Source: the human T2T-CHM13v2.0 reference genome, Homo sapiens. From it: a stretch of 64,000 nucleotides of DNA. The notes below the pieces were generated by a model. That model made no database searches and was not told where the DNA came from. It was given only the letters and a program-made list of their open reading frames with translations. The stretch's first letter is position 1; the number at the start of each line of letters is the position of its first letter. The position numbers and the translations under genes are program-made. The DNA is taken from assembly GCF_009914755.1 (NCBI RefSeq), contig NC_060933.1, one strand, 5' to 3'. Below are positions 44,001-58,000 of the stretch, piece by piece.

Positions 44001-45520
44001 GATGCAATGGAATGGAATGGAATGGAATGGAATGGAATGGAATGGAAACATCCCGAATGGAATGGAATGTAATGGAGTGTAAGGCAATTGAATAGAACCA
44101 GTCCGAATGAAATGGAAGGGAATGGAATGAAATGGAATGGAATGGAATGGAATGGATCAAACCGAGTGCAATGGAATGGATTCGAATGGAATGGAATGGA
44201 TTCGAATATAATGGAATGGAATGGAATGGATTCAACAAGAATGGAATGGAAAGGAATGGAATCAACCCGAGTGTAATGGCATGGAATGGAATGGAATGGA
44301 ACGGGATGGAATGGAATGGTACGGAATAGAATGGAATGGAATGAAATGGAATGGAATGGAATGGAATGAACCCGTGTGCAATGGAATGGAATGGAATGGA
44401 ATGGAATGGATTCAACTCGAAAGGAATCAACTCGATTGCAATGGAATGGTATGGAATGGAAAGGAATAGACTGGAATCAACCCGAGTGGAATGGAATGCA
44501 AAGGACTGGAATGGAGTGGAATGGAATGGAATGCAATGGAATCAAATCGACTGGAATGGAATGGAATGGAATGGAATGGAATGGAATCAACTCGATTGCA
44601 ATGGAATGGAATGGAATGGAATTTTAATGGAATGGAATGGAATTAACTCGAATAGAATGGAATGGAATAGAATGGAACGGAATGAAATGGAATGAAATGG
44701 AATGGAATCAACCCGAGTGCAGGGGAATGGAATGGAATGGAATGCAATGGAATGCAATCATCCGGAATGGAATGGAATGGAATGGAATGGAATGGAATGG
44801 AACGGAATCAACTCGATTGCAATGGAGTGGAATGGAATGGAAACGAATGGAAGGGAATGGAATGGAAACGAATGGAAGGGAATGGAATGGAATGTAATCA
44901 ACCCGAGTGCAGGGGAATGGAATGGAATGGAATGCAATGGAATGGAATCATCCGGAATGGAATGGAATGGAATGGAATGCAATCAACCCAATGCAATGGA
45001 ATGGAGTGGAATGGAATGGAATGGAATGGAATGGAAACTTCCCGAATGGAATGGAATGTAATGGAGTGTAAGGGAATTGAATAGAATCAATCCGAATGTA
45101 ATGGAATGGAATGGAATGAAATGGAATGGAGTGGAATGGAATGGAATCAACCCGAGTGCAATGGAATGGATTCGAATGGAATGGAATGGAATGGAATGGA
45201 TTCAACAAGAATGGAATGGAAAGGAGTGGAATCAACCCGAGTGTAATGGCATGGAATGGAATGGAATGGAATGGAATGGGATGGAATGGAATGGTACGGA
45301 ATAGAATGGAATGGAATGGAATGGAATGAAATGGAGTGGAATGGAATTTAATGGAATGGAATGGAATGAACCTGTGTGCAATGTAATGGAATGGAATGGA
45401 ATGGAATGGATTCAACTCGAATGGAATCAACCCGATTGCAATGGAATGGAATGGAATGGAAAGGAATAGAAAGGAATCAACCCGAGTGGAATGGAATGGA
45501 AAAGACTGGAATGGAGTGGA
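41100..45520 (+). repeat. ~1 kb higher-order repeat, about 4.5 diverged copies
   Basis: The GGAAACATCCCGAAT...GTAAGG...GGATTCGAA...GGATTCAACA(A/G)GA...CGAGTGTAATGGC...GGGATGG...GGTACGG series starts at ~41113, 42047, 43026, 44044 and 45033 (spacing ~930-1020). Confidence 0.85.
45033..45047. promoter_or_regulatory. Isolated perfect heat-shock element of independent origin
   Basis: GGAAACTTCCCGAAT reads gGAAa-cTTCc-cGAAt. It is an A>T variant of the GGAAACATCCCGAAT spacer found in the four preceding 1 kb units. Confidence 0.45.
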
Positions 45521-48500
45521 ATGGAACGGAATGGAATTAACCCGAATAGAATGCAATGGAACGGAATGGAACGGAATGGAATGGAATGGAATGGAATGGA
45601 TTCAACCCGAGTGCAGGGGAATGGAATGGAATGGAATGCAATGGAATGGAATCATCCGGAATGGAATGGAATTGAATGGAATGGAATGGAATCAACTCGA
45701 TTTCAATGGAATGGAATGGAATAGAATGGAATGGAATTAACACGAATAGAATGGAATGGAATTGAATGGAATGGATTGGAACGGAAAGGAATGGAATGGA
45801 ATGGAATGGAATCAACCCAAGTGCAGGGGAATGGAATGGAATGGAATTCAATGGAATGGAATCATCCGGAATGGAATGGAATGGAATGGAATGGAATGGA
45901 ATGGAATGGAATCAACCCGAGTGCAATGGAATGGAGAAGAATGGAATGGAATGGAATGGAAACTACCCGAATGGAATGGAATGTAATGGAGTGTAAGGGA
46001 ATTGAATAGAATCAATCCGAAAGTAATGGAATGGAACGGAACGGAATGGAATGCAATGGAATGGAATCAACCCGAGTGCAATCGAATGGAATCGAATGGA
46101 ATGGAATGCAATGGAATGGATTCAACTTGAATGGAATGGAAAGAATGGAATCAACAGGAGTGGAATGGCATGGAATGGAATGGAATGGAATGAAATCAAA
46201 CCGATAACAGGGGAATGGAATGGAATGGAATGCCATGGAATGGAATCATCCGTAATGTAATGGAAAGCAATGGAATGGAATGGAATGGAATGGAATGGAA
46301 TGGAATGGAATCAACTCGATTGCAATCGAATGGAATGGAATGGAATTAACCCGAATAGAATGGAATGGAATGCAACGGAACGGAACGGAACGGAATGGAA
46401 TGGAATGGAATGGAACGGAACGGAACGGAATGGAATGGAATGCAATGGAATGGAATCAACGCGAGTGCAGGGGAATGGAATGGAATGGATTGCCATGGAA
46501 TGGAATCAACCGGAATGGAATGGAATGGAATGGAATGGAATGGAATGGAATGGAATCGTTCCGAGTGGAATAGGAGAGAATGTATTCGAGTGGAATGGAA
46601 AGGAATGGAATCAACCAGAGTGGAATGGAAGGGAATGGAATGGAATGGAAACTAATAGAATGGAATCAACCCGAGTGGAATGGAATGGAAAGGACTGGAA
46701 TGGAATGGAATGGAATGGAATGGAATGGAATCAACTCGATTGTAATGGAATGGAATGGAATGGAATGGAATGGAATGGAATGGAATGGAATTAACCCGAA
46801 TACAATGGATTGGAATGGAATGGAATGCAATGGAATGGAATCATCCGTAATGGAATGGAAAGGAATGGAATGGAATGGAACGGAATGGAATGGAATGGAA
46901 TGGAATGGAATCAACTCGATTGCATTCGAATGGAATGGAATGGAATTAACCCGAATAGAATGGAATGGAATGGAATGGAACGGAACGGAACGGAACGGAA
47001 TGGAATGGAATGGAACGGAAAGGAATGGAATGGAACGGAATGGAATGGAATGGAATGGAACGGAACGGAATGGAATGGAATGGAATGGAATTGAATGGAA
47101 TGGAATGGAATCAACCCAACTGCAGGGGAATGGAATGGAATGCAATGCAATGGAATGGAATCATGCGGAACGGAATGCAATGGAATGGAATGGAATCAAC
47201 ACGAGTGCAATGGAATGGAGTGGAATGGAATGGAATGGAATGGAATGGAACTACCAGAATGGAATGGAATGTAATGGAGAGTAAGGGAGTTGAATAGAAT
47301 CAATCCGAATGTAATGGAAAGGAATGGAAAGGAATGGAATGGAATGGAATGGAATGCAATGGAATGGAATCAAACCGAGTACAATGGATTGGAATGGAAT
47401 GGAATGGAATGGAATGGAATCAACACGAGTGCAATGGAATGGAGTGGAATGGAATGGAATGGAATGGAACAACGCGAATGGAATGGAATGTAATGGAGAG
47501 TAAGGGAGTTGAATAGAAACAATCCGAATGTAATGGAATGGAACGGAATGGAATGGAATGGAATGGAATGGAATGGAATTAACCCGAGTACAGGGGAATG
47601 GAATGGAATGGAATGCAATGGAATGGAATCATCCGTAATGAAATGGAAATGAATGGAATGGAATGGAATGGAATGGAATGGAATGGAATGGAATCAACTC
47701 GATTGCAATGGAATGGAATGGAATGGAATTAACCCGAATAGAATGGAATGGAATGGAATGGAACGGAACGGAACGGAATGCAATGGAATGGAATGGAATG
47801 GAACGGAAAGGAATGGAATGGAATGGAATGGAATGGAATGGAATGGAATGGAATGGAATGGAATCAACGCGAGTGCAGGGGAATGGAATGGAATCGAATG
47901 GAATGGAATAGAATGGAATGGAATCAACCCGAGTGCAGGGGAATGAAATGGAACGGAATGCAATGGAATGGAATCATCCGGAATGGAATGGAATGGAATG
48001 GAATCAACCGAGTGCAATGGAATGGAGTGGAATGGAATGGAATGGAATGGAACAACCCGAATGGAATGGAATGTAATGGAGAGTAAGGGAGTTGAAAAGA
48101 ATCAATCCGAAAGTAATGGAATGGAATGGAATGGAATGGAATGGAATGGAATGGAATGGAATGGAATGGAATCAACCCGAGTGCAATGGAATGGAGAGGA
48201 ATGGAATGGAATGGAATGGAAACTACCCGAATGGAATGGAATGTAATAGAGTGTAAGGGAATTGAATAGAATCAATCCGAATGTAATGAAATGGAATGGA
48301 ACGGAATGGAATGGAATGGAATGTAATGGAATGGAATGGAATGCAATGGAATGGAATAAACCCGAGTGCAATGGAATGGAATCGAATGGAATGGAATGCA
48401 ATGGAATGGATTCAACTTGAATGGAATGGAATTGAATGGAATCAACCCGAGTACAGGGGAATGGAATGGAATGGAATGGAATGGAATGGAATGGAAGGGA

Positions 48501-50879
48501 ATGGAATCATCCGTAATGGAATGGAAAGGAATGGAATGGAATGGAATGGAATGGAATGGAATGGAATGGAATGGAATGGAATCAACTCGGTTCCAATCGA
48601 ATGGAATGGAATGGAAATAACCCAAATAGAATGGAATGGAATGGAATGGAACGGAACGGAACGGAACGGAACGGAATGGAATGGAATGGAATGGAATGGA
48701 ATGGAATGGAACGGAAAGGAATGGAATGGAATGGAATGGAATGTAATGGAATGGAATGGAATGCAATGGAATGGAATGGAATGGAATGGAATGAAATGCA
48801 ATGGATTCAACTCGATTGAAATGGAATGGAATAGAATGGAATGGAATGGAATGGAATGGAATGGAATTAACCCGAATAGAATGGAATGGAATGGAATGGA
48901 ATGGAACGGAATGGAACGGAATGGAATGGAATGGAATGGAATGGAATGGAATGGTATGGAATGGAATGGAATGGTACGGAATAGAATGGAATGGAAGGAA
49001 TTGTAATGGAATGGAATGGAATGGAATGGAATGGAACGGAACGGAATGGAATGGAATGGAATGGATTGGAACTGAAAAGAATAAAAGCGAGTGCAGGGGA
49101 ATGGAATGGAATGGAATGCAATGGAATGGAATCTTCCGGAATGGAATGGAATGGAATGGAATGGAATGGAATGGAATGCAATGGATTCAACTCGATTGCA
49201 ATGGAATGGAATAGAATGGAATGGAATGGAATGGAATGGAATGGAATTAACCCGAATAGAATGGAATGGAATGGAATGGAAAGGAACGGAACGGAACGGA
49301 ACGGAATGGAATGGAATGGAATGGAATGGAATGGAATGGAATGGAGTTGTATGGAATGGAATGGAATGGTACGGAATAGAATGGAATGGAAAGAATTGGA
49401 ATGGAATGGAAACGAATGGAATGGAATGGAATGGAATGGAATCAACACGAGTGTAGGGGAATGTAATGGAACGGAATGCAATGGAATGGAATCATCCGGA
49501 ATGGAATGGAATGGATTGGAATGGATGGAATGGAATGGAATGGAATGGAATGGAATCAACCCGAGTGCAATGGAATGGAGTGGAATGGAATGGAATGGAA
49601 TGGAACAACCCGAATGGAATGGAATGTAATGGAGAGTAAGGGAGTTGAATAGAAACAATCCGAATGTAATGGAATGGAACGGAATGGAATGGAATGGAAT
49701 GGAATGGAATGCAATGGAATGGAATGCAAAGGAATGGAATCAACCCGAGTTCAATCGAATGGAATCGAATGGAATGGAATGCAATGGAATGGATTCAACT
49801 TGAATGGAATGGAAAGAATGGAATCAACACGAGTGGAATGGCATGGATTGGAATGGAATGGAATGGAATCAACCCAAGTACAGGGGAATGGAATGGAATG
49901 GAATGCAATGGAATGGAATAATCCGTAATGGAATGGAAAGGAATGATATGGAATGGAATGGAATGGAATGGAATCAACTCGATTGCAATCGAATGGAATG
50001 GAATGGAATTAACCCGAATAGAATGGAATGGAATGGAATGGAACGGAACGGAATGGAATGGAATGGAATGGAATGGAACGGAACGGAAAGTAATGGAATG
50101 GAATGGAATGGAATGGAATGGAATGGAATGGAATGGAATCAACACGAGTGCACGGGAATGGAATGGAGTGGAATGGAATGGAATGGAATGGAATGGAATG
50201 GAATGGAATCAACCCGTGTCCAGGGGAATGTAATGGAACGGAATGCAAGGGAATGGAATCATCCGGAAAGGAATGGAATGGAATGGAATGGAATGAACCC
50301 GAGTGCAATGGAATGGAGTGGAATGGAATGGAATGGAATGGAACAACCCACATGGAATGGAAAGTAATGGAGAGTAAGGGAGTTGAAAAGAATCAATCCG
50401 AAGGGAATGGAATGGAATGGAACGGAATGGAATGGAATGGAATGGAATGGAATGGAATGGAATGGAATCAACCCGAGTACAATGGAATGGAAGGGAATGG
50501 AATGGAATGGAATGGAATGGAATGGAATCAACCCGAGTGTAATGGAATGGAGAGGAATGGAATGGAATGGAATGGAAACTACCCGAATGGAATGGAATGG
50601 AATGGAGTGTAAGGGAATTGAATAAAATCAATCCGAATGTAATGGAATGCAATGGAATGCAATGGAATGGAATCAACCCGAGTGCAATGGAATGGAATCG
50701 AATGGAATGGAATGCAATGGAATGGATTCAATTTGAATGGAATGGAAAGAATGGAATCAACACGAGTGGAATGGAATGGATTGGAATGGAATGGAATGGA
50801 AGCAACCCGAGTACAGGGGAATGGAATGGAATGGAATGCAATGGAATGGAATCATCCGTAATGGAATGGAAAGGAATGG

Positions 50880-53860
50880 AATGGAATGGAATGGAATCAA
50901 CTCGATTGCAATCGAATGGAATGGAATGGAATTAACCCAAATAGAATGGAATGGAATGGAATGGAACGGAACGGAACGGAATGGAATGGAATGGAATGGA
51001 ATGGAATGGAATGGAATGGAACGGAAAGTAATGGAATGGAATGGAATGGAATGGAATGGAATGGAATGGAATCAACGCGAGTGCAGGGGAATGGAATGGA
51101 ATCGAATGGAATGGAATGGAATGGAATGGAATGGAATCAACCCGAGTGCAGGGGAATGTAATGGAACGGAATGCAATGGAATGGAATCATCCGGAATGGA
51201 ATGGAATGGAATGGAATGGAATCAACCCGAGTGCAATGGAATGGAGTGGAATGGAATGGAATGAAATGGAACAACCCGAATGGACTGGAATGTAATGGAA
51301 AGTAAGGGAGTTGAAAAGAATCAATCCGAAAGTTATGGAATGCAATGGAACGGAATGGAATGGAATGGAATGGAATGGAATGGAATGGAATGGAATGGAA
51401 TCAACCCGAGTGCAATGGAATGGAGAGGAATGGAATGGAATGGAATGGAAACTACCCTAATGGAATGGAATGTGATGGAGTGTAAGGGAATTGAATAGAA
51501 TCAATCCGAATGTAATGGAATGGAATGGAACGGAATGGAATGGAATGGAATGGAATGGAATGGAATGGAATGGAATGCAATGGAATGGAATAAACCCGAG
51601 TCAATGGAATGGAATCGAATGGAATGGAATGCAATGGAATGGATTCAACTTGAATGGAATGGAAAGAATGGAATCAACACGAGTGGAAGGGCATGGAATG
51701 GAATGGAATGGAATGGAAGCAACCCGAGTACAGGGGAATGGAAAGGAATGGAATGCAATGGAATGGAATCATTCGTAATGTAATGGAACAGAATGGAATG
51801 GAATGGAATGGAATGGAATGGAATGGAATGGAATGGAATGGAATGGAATCAACTCGATTGCATTCGAATGGAATGGAATGGAATTAACCCGAATAGAATG
51901 GAATGGAATGGAATGGAACGGAATGGAACGAAACGGAATGGAATGGAATGGAATGGAACGGAACAGAATGGAATGGAATGGAATGGAATGGAACTGAAAA
52001 GAATAAATGCGAGTGCAGGGGAATGGAATGGAATGGAATGAAATGGAATGGAATCTTCCGGAATGGAATGGAATGGAATGGAATGGAATGCCATGGATTC
52101 AACTCGATTGCAATGGAATGGAATAGAATGGAATGGAATGGAATGGAATGGAATTAACCAGAATAGAATGGAATGGAATGGAATGGAACGGAACGGAACG
52201 GAACGGAATGGAACGGAATGGAATGGAATGGAATGGAATGGAATCAACTCGATTGCATTCTAATGGAATGGAATGGAATTAACCAGAATAGAATGGAATG
52301 GAATGGAATGGAACGGAACGGAACGGAACGGAATGGAACGGAATGGAACGGAACGGAATGGAATGGAATGGAATGGAATGGAATGGAATGGAATTGTATG
52401 GAATGGAATGGAATGGTACGGAATAGAATGGAATGGAAAGAATTGGAATGGAATGGAAACGAATGGAATGGAATGGAATGGAATGGAATGGAATCAACCC
52501 GAGTGTAGGGGAATGTAATGGAACGGAATGCAATGGAATGGAATCATCCGGAATGGAATGGAATGGATTGGAATGGATGGAATGGAATGGAATGGAATGG
52601 AATCAACCCGAGTACAGGGGAATGGAATGGAATGGAATGCAATGGAATGGAGTCATCCGTAATGGAATGGAAAGGAATGGAATGGAATGCAATGGAATGG
52701 AATGGAATGGAATGGAATGGAATCAACTCGATTGCAATCGAATGGAATGGAATGGAATTAACCTGAATAGAATGGAATGGAATGGAATGGAATGGAATGG
52801 AATGGAATGGAATAGAATCAACGCGAGGGCAGGGGAATGGAATGGAATCGAATGGAATGGAATGGAATGGAATGGAATGGAATCAACCCGAGTGCAGGGG
52901 AATGTAATGGAACGGAATGCAATGGAATGGAATCATCCGGAATGGAATGGATTGGAATGGAATGGAATCAACCCGAGTGCAATGGAATGGAGTGGAATGG
53001 AATGGAATGGAATGGAACAACCCGAATGGACTGGAATGTAATGGAGAGTAAGGGAGTTGAAAAGAATCAATCCGAAATTTATGGAATGCAATGGAACGGA
53101 ATGGAATGGAAGGGAATGGAATGGAATGGAATGGAATGGAATCAACCCGAGTGCAATGGAATGGAGAGGAATGGAATGGAATGGAATGGAAACTACCCGA
53201 ATGGAATGGAATGCGATGGAGTGTAAGGGAATTGAATAGAATCAATCCGAATGTAATGGAATGGAACGGAACGGAATGGAATGGAATGGAATGGAATGGA
53301 ATGGAATGGAATGCAATGGAATGGAATAAACCCGACTGCAATGGAATGGAATCAAATGGAATGGAATGCAATGGAATGGATTCAACTTGAATGGAATGGA
53401 AAGAATGGAATCAACACGAGTGGAATGGCATGGAATGGAATGGAATGGAATGGAATCAACCCGAGTACAGGGGAATGGAATGGAATGGAATGCAATGGAA
53501 TGGAATCATTCGTAATGTAATGGAACGGAATGGAATGGAATGGAATGGAATGGAATGGAATGGAATGGAATGGAATCAACTCGATTGCATTCGAATGGAA
53601 TGGAATGGAATTAACCCGAATAGAATGGAATGGAATGGAATGGAACGGAATGGAACGAAACGGAATGGAATGGAATGGAATGAAACGGAACGGAATGGAA
53701 TGGAATGGAATGGAATGGAACTGAAAAGAATAAATGCGAGTGCAGGGGAATGGAATGGAATGCAATGAAATGGAATGGAATCTTCCGGAATGGAATGGAA
53801 TGGAATGGAATGGAATGGAATGGAATGCAATGGATTCAACTCGATTGCAATGGAATGGAA
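50880..53860 (+). repeat. ~1.74 kb-offset duplication within a related 47.6-54.1 kb family of units
   Basis: Paired variants GGACTGGAATGTAAT (~51282/53028), TCATTCGTAATGTAA (~51769/53506), TTGCATTCGAAT and CTGAAAAGAATAAATGCGAG (~51994/53721). The ORF pair 51654/53391 has an offset of 1737. Confidence 0.8.
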
Positions 53861-55059
53861 TAGAATGGAATGGAATCAACGCGAGTGCAGGGGAATGGAA
53901 TGGAATCGAATGGAATGGAATGGAATGGAATGGAATCAACCCGAGTGCAGGGGAATGTAATGGAACGGAATGCAATGGAATGGAATCATCCGGAATGGAA
54001 TGGAATGGAATCAACCCGAGTGCAATGGAATAGAGTGGAATGGAAAGGAATGGAATGGAACAACCCGAATGGAATGGAATGTAATGGAGAGAAAGGGAGT
54101 TGAAAAGAATCAATCCGAATGTAATGGAATGGAATGAAACGGAATGGAATGGAATGGAATGGAATGGAATGGAATGGAATGGAATCAACCCGAGTGCAAT
54201 GGAATGGAGTGGAATGGAATGGAATGGAATGGAACAACCCGAATGGAATGGAATGTAATGGAGAGTAAGGGAGTTGAATAGAATCAATCCGAATGTAATG
54301 GAATGGAATGGAACGGAATGGAATTGAATGGAATGGAATGGAATGCAATGGAATGGAATCAACCCGAGTGCAATGGAATGGAGAGGAATGGAATGGAATG
54401 GAATGGAAACTACCCGAATGGAATGGAATGTAATGGAGTGTAAGGGAATTGAATAGAATCAATCCGAATGTAATGGAATGGAATGGAACGGAATGGAATG
54501 GAATGGAATGGAATGGAATGCAATGGAATGGAATGAACCCGAGTGCAATCGAATGGAATCGAATGGAATGGAATGCAATGGAATGGATTAAACTTGAATG
54601 GAATGGAAAGAATGGAATCAACACGAGTGGAATGGCGTGGATTGGAATGGAATGGAATGGAATCAACCTGAGTACAGGGGAATGGAATGGAATGGAATGC
54701 AATGGAATGGAATCATCTGAAATGGAATGGAAAGGAATGGAATGGAACGGAATGGAATGGAATGGAATGGAATCAACTCGATAGCAATCGAATGGAATGG
54801 AATGGAATTAACCCGAATAGAATGGAATGGAATGGAATGGAACGGAACGGAATGGAATTGAATGGAATGGAATGGAATGGAACGGAACGGAATGGAATGG
54901 AATGGAATGGAATGGAATGGGATCAACGCGAGTGCAGGGGAATGGAATGGAATGGAATGCAATGGAATGGAATCTTCTGGAATGGAATGGAATTTAATGG
55001 AATGGAATGAAATGCAATGGATTCAACTCGATTGCAATGGAATGGAATAGAATGGAATG

Positions 55060-58000
55060 GAATGGAATGGAGTGGAATTAACCCGAATAGAATGGAATGG
55101 AATGGAACGGAACGGAACGGAATGGAATGGAATGGAATGGAATGGAATGGAACGGAAAGGAAGGGAATGGAATGGAATAGAATGGAATGGAATGGAATCA
55201 ACGCGAGTGCAGGGGAATGGAATGGAATGGAATGGAATGGAATGGAATGGAATGGAATGGAATGGAATGGAATGGAATCAACCCGAGTGCAATGGAATGG
55301 AGTGGAATGGAATGGAATGGAATGGAACAACCCGAAAGGAATGGAATGTAATGGAGAGTAAGGGAGTTGAATAGAATCAATCCGAATGTAATGGAATGGA
55401 ACGGAATGGAATGGAATGGAATGGAATGGAATGGAATGGAATGCAATGGAATGGAATCAACCCGAGTACAATGGAACGGAATGGAATGGAATGTAATGGA
55501 ATGGAATGGAATGGAATGGAATGGAATGGAAAGGAATGGAATCAACCCGAGTGCAATGGAATGGAGAGGAATGGAATGGAATGGAATGGAAACTACCCGA
55601 ATGGAATGGAATGTAATGGAGCGTAAGGGAATTGAATAGAATCAATCCGAATGGAATGGAATGGAATGGAACGGAATGTAATGGAATGGAATGAAATGGA
55701 ATCAACCCGAGTGCAGGCGAATGGAATGAAATGGAATGCAATGTAATGGAATCATCCGGAATGGAATGGAATGGAATGCAATGGAATGGAATGGAATGGA
55801 ATCAACCCGAGTGCAATGGAATGGAGTGAAATGGAATGGAATGGAATGGAAACAACCAGAATGGATTGGAATATATTGGAGTGTAAGGGAATTGAATAGA
55901 ATCAATCTGAATGTAATGAAATGGAATGGAACGGAATGGAATGGAATGGAATGCAATGCAATGGAACGGTATCAACCCGAGTGCAATCGAATGGAATCGA
56001 ATGGAATGGAATGCAATGGAATGGATTCAACTTGAATGGAAAGGAAAGAATGGAATCAACACGAGTGGAATGGCATGGATTGGAATGGAATGGAATGGAA
56101 TCAACCCGAGTACAGGGGAATGGAATGGAATGGAATGCAATAGAATGGAATCATCAGTAATGGAATGGAAAGGAATGGAAAGGACTGGAATGGAATGGAA
56201 TGTAATGGAATGGAATGGAATCAACTCGATTGCAATCGAATGGTATGGAATGGAATGGAATCAACTCGATTGCAATCGAATGGAATGGAATGGAATTAAC
56301 CCGAATAGAATGGAATGGAATGGTATGGAACGGAACGGAAAGGAATGGAATGCAATGGAACGGAAAGGAATGGAATGGAATGGAATGGAATGGAATGGAA
56401 TGGAATGGAATCAACGCGCGTGCAGGGGAATGGAATGGAATCGAATGGAATGGAAAGGAATGGAATGGAATCAACCCGAGTGCAGGGGAATGTAATGGAA
56501 CGGAATGCAATGGAATGGAATCATCCGGAATGGAATGGAATGGAATCAACCCGAGTGCAATGGAATGGAGTGGAATGGAATGGAATGGAATGGAACAACC
56601 CGAATGGAATGGAATGTAATGGAGAGTAAGGGAGTTGAAAAGAATCAATCCGAATGTAATGGAATGGAATGGAACGGAATGGAATGGAATGGAATGGAAT
56701 GCAATGGAATGGAATCAACCCGAGTACAATGGAATGGAATGGAATGGAATGGAATGGAATGGAATGGAATGGAATGGAATGCAATGGAATGGAATCTTCC
56801 GGAATGGAATGGAATGGAATGGAATGGAATGCAATGGATTCAACTCGATAGCAATGGAATGGAATAGAATGGAATGGAATGGAATGGAATGGAATGGAAT
56901 TAAACCGAATAGAATGGAATGGAATGGAATGGAACGGAACAGAACGGAAAGGAACGGAACGGAGTGGAATGGAATGGAATGGAATTGTATGGAATGGAAT
57001 GGAATGGTACGGAATAGAATGGAATGGAAAGAATTGGAATGGAATGGAATCGAATGGAATGGAATGGAATGGAATGGAATGAACCCGAGTGCAAGGGAAT
57101 GTAATGGAACGGAATGCAATGGAATGGAATCATCCGGAATGGAATGGAACGGAATGGAATGGAATGGAATGGAATGGAATGGAATGGAATCAACCCGAGC
57201 GCAATGGAATGGAGTGGAATGGAATGGAATGGAATGGAACAACCCGAATGGAATGGAATGGAATGGAGAGTAAGCGAGTTGAATAGAATAAATCCGAATG
57301 TAATGGAATGGAACGGAATGGAATGGAATGGAATGGAATGGAATGGAATGGAATGCAATGGAATGGAATCAACCCGAGTACAAAGGAACGGAATGGAATG
57401 AAATGTAATGGAATGGAATGGAATGGAATGGAATGGAATGGAATCAACCCGAGTGCAATGGAATGGAGAGGAATGGAATGGAATGGAATGCAATGGAATG
57501 GAATCATCCGGAATGGAATGGAATGCAATGGAATGCAAACCAATGGAATCAACTCGATTACAATGGAATGGAATGGAATGGAAAGGAATACATTGGAATC
57601 AACCCGAGTGGAATGGAATGGAAAGGACTGGAATGGAGTGGAATGGAATGGAATGGAATGGAATGGAATCAACTCGATTGCAATGCAATGGAATGGAATG
57701 GAATGGAATGGAATGGAATGGAATCAACCCGAGTTCAATGGAATGGAGAGGAATGGAATGGAATGGTATGGAAACTACCCGAATGGAATGGAATGTAATG
57801 GAGTCTAAGGGAATTGAATAGAATCAATCCGAATGTAATGGAATGGAATGGAACGGACTGGAATGGAATGGAATGGAATGGAATGGAATGGAATGGAATG
57901 CAGTGGAATGGAATCAACCCGACTGCAATCGAATGGAATCGAATGGAATGGAATGCAATGGAATGGATTCAACTTGAATGGAATGGAAAGAATGGAATCA

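Larger units (their letters stand above)
37700..45900 (+). repeat. Distinct HSat3 sub-domain with a different spacer vocabulary
   Basis: Lacks GAGAGTAAGGGAGTTG, CAACGCGAG, TCTTCCGG and GGATTCAACTTGA, which are abundant elsewhere. Contains GGATTCGAAT, GGATTCAACAAGA, AAACATCCCGA, GAACCCGTGTGC, CGACTGCACGG, TTAACACGAATAG and GGGATGG. Boundaries are approximate. Confidence 0.85.
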
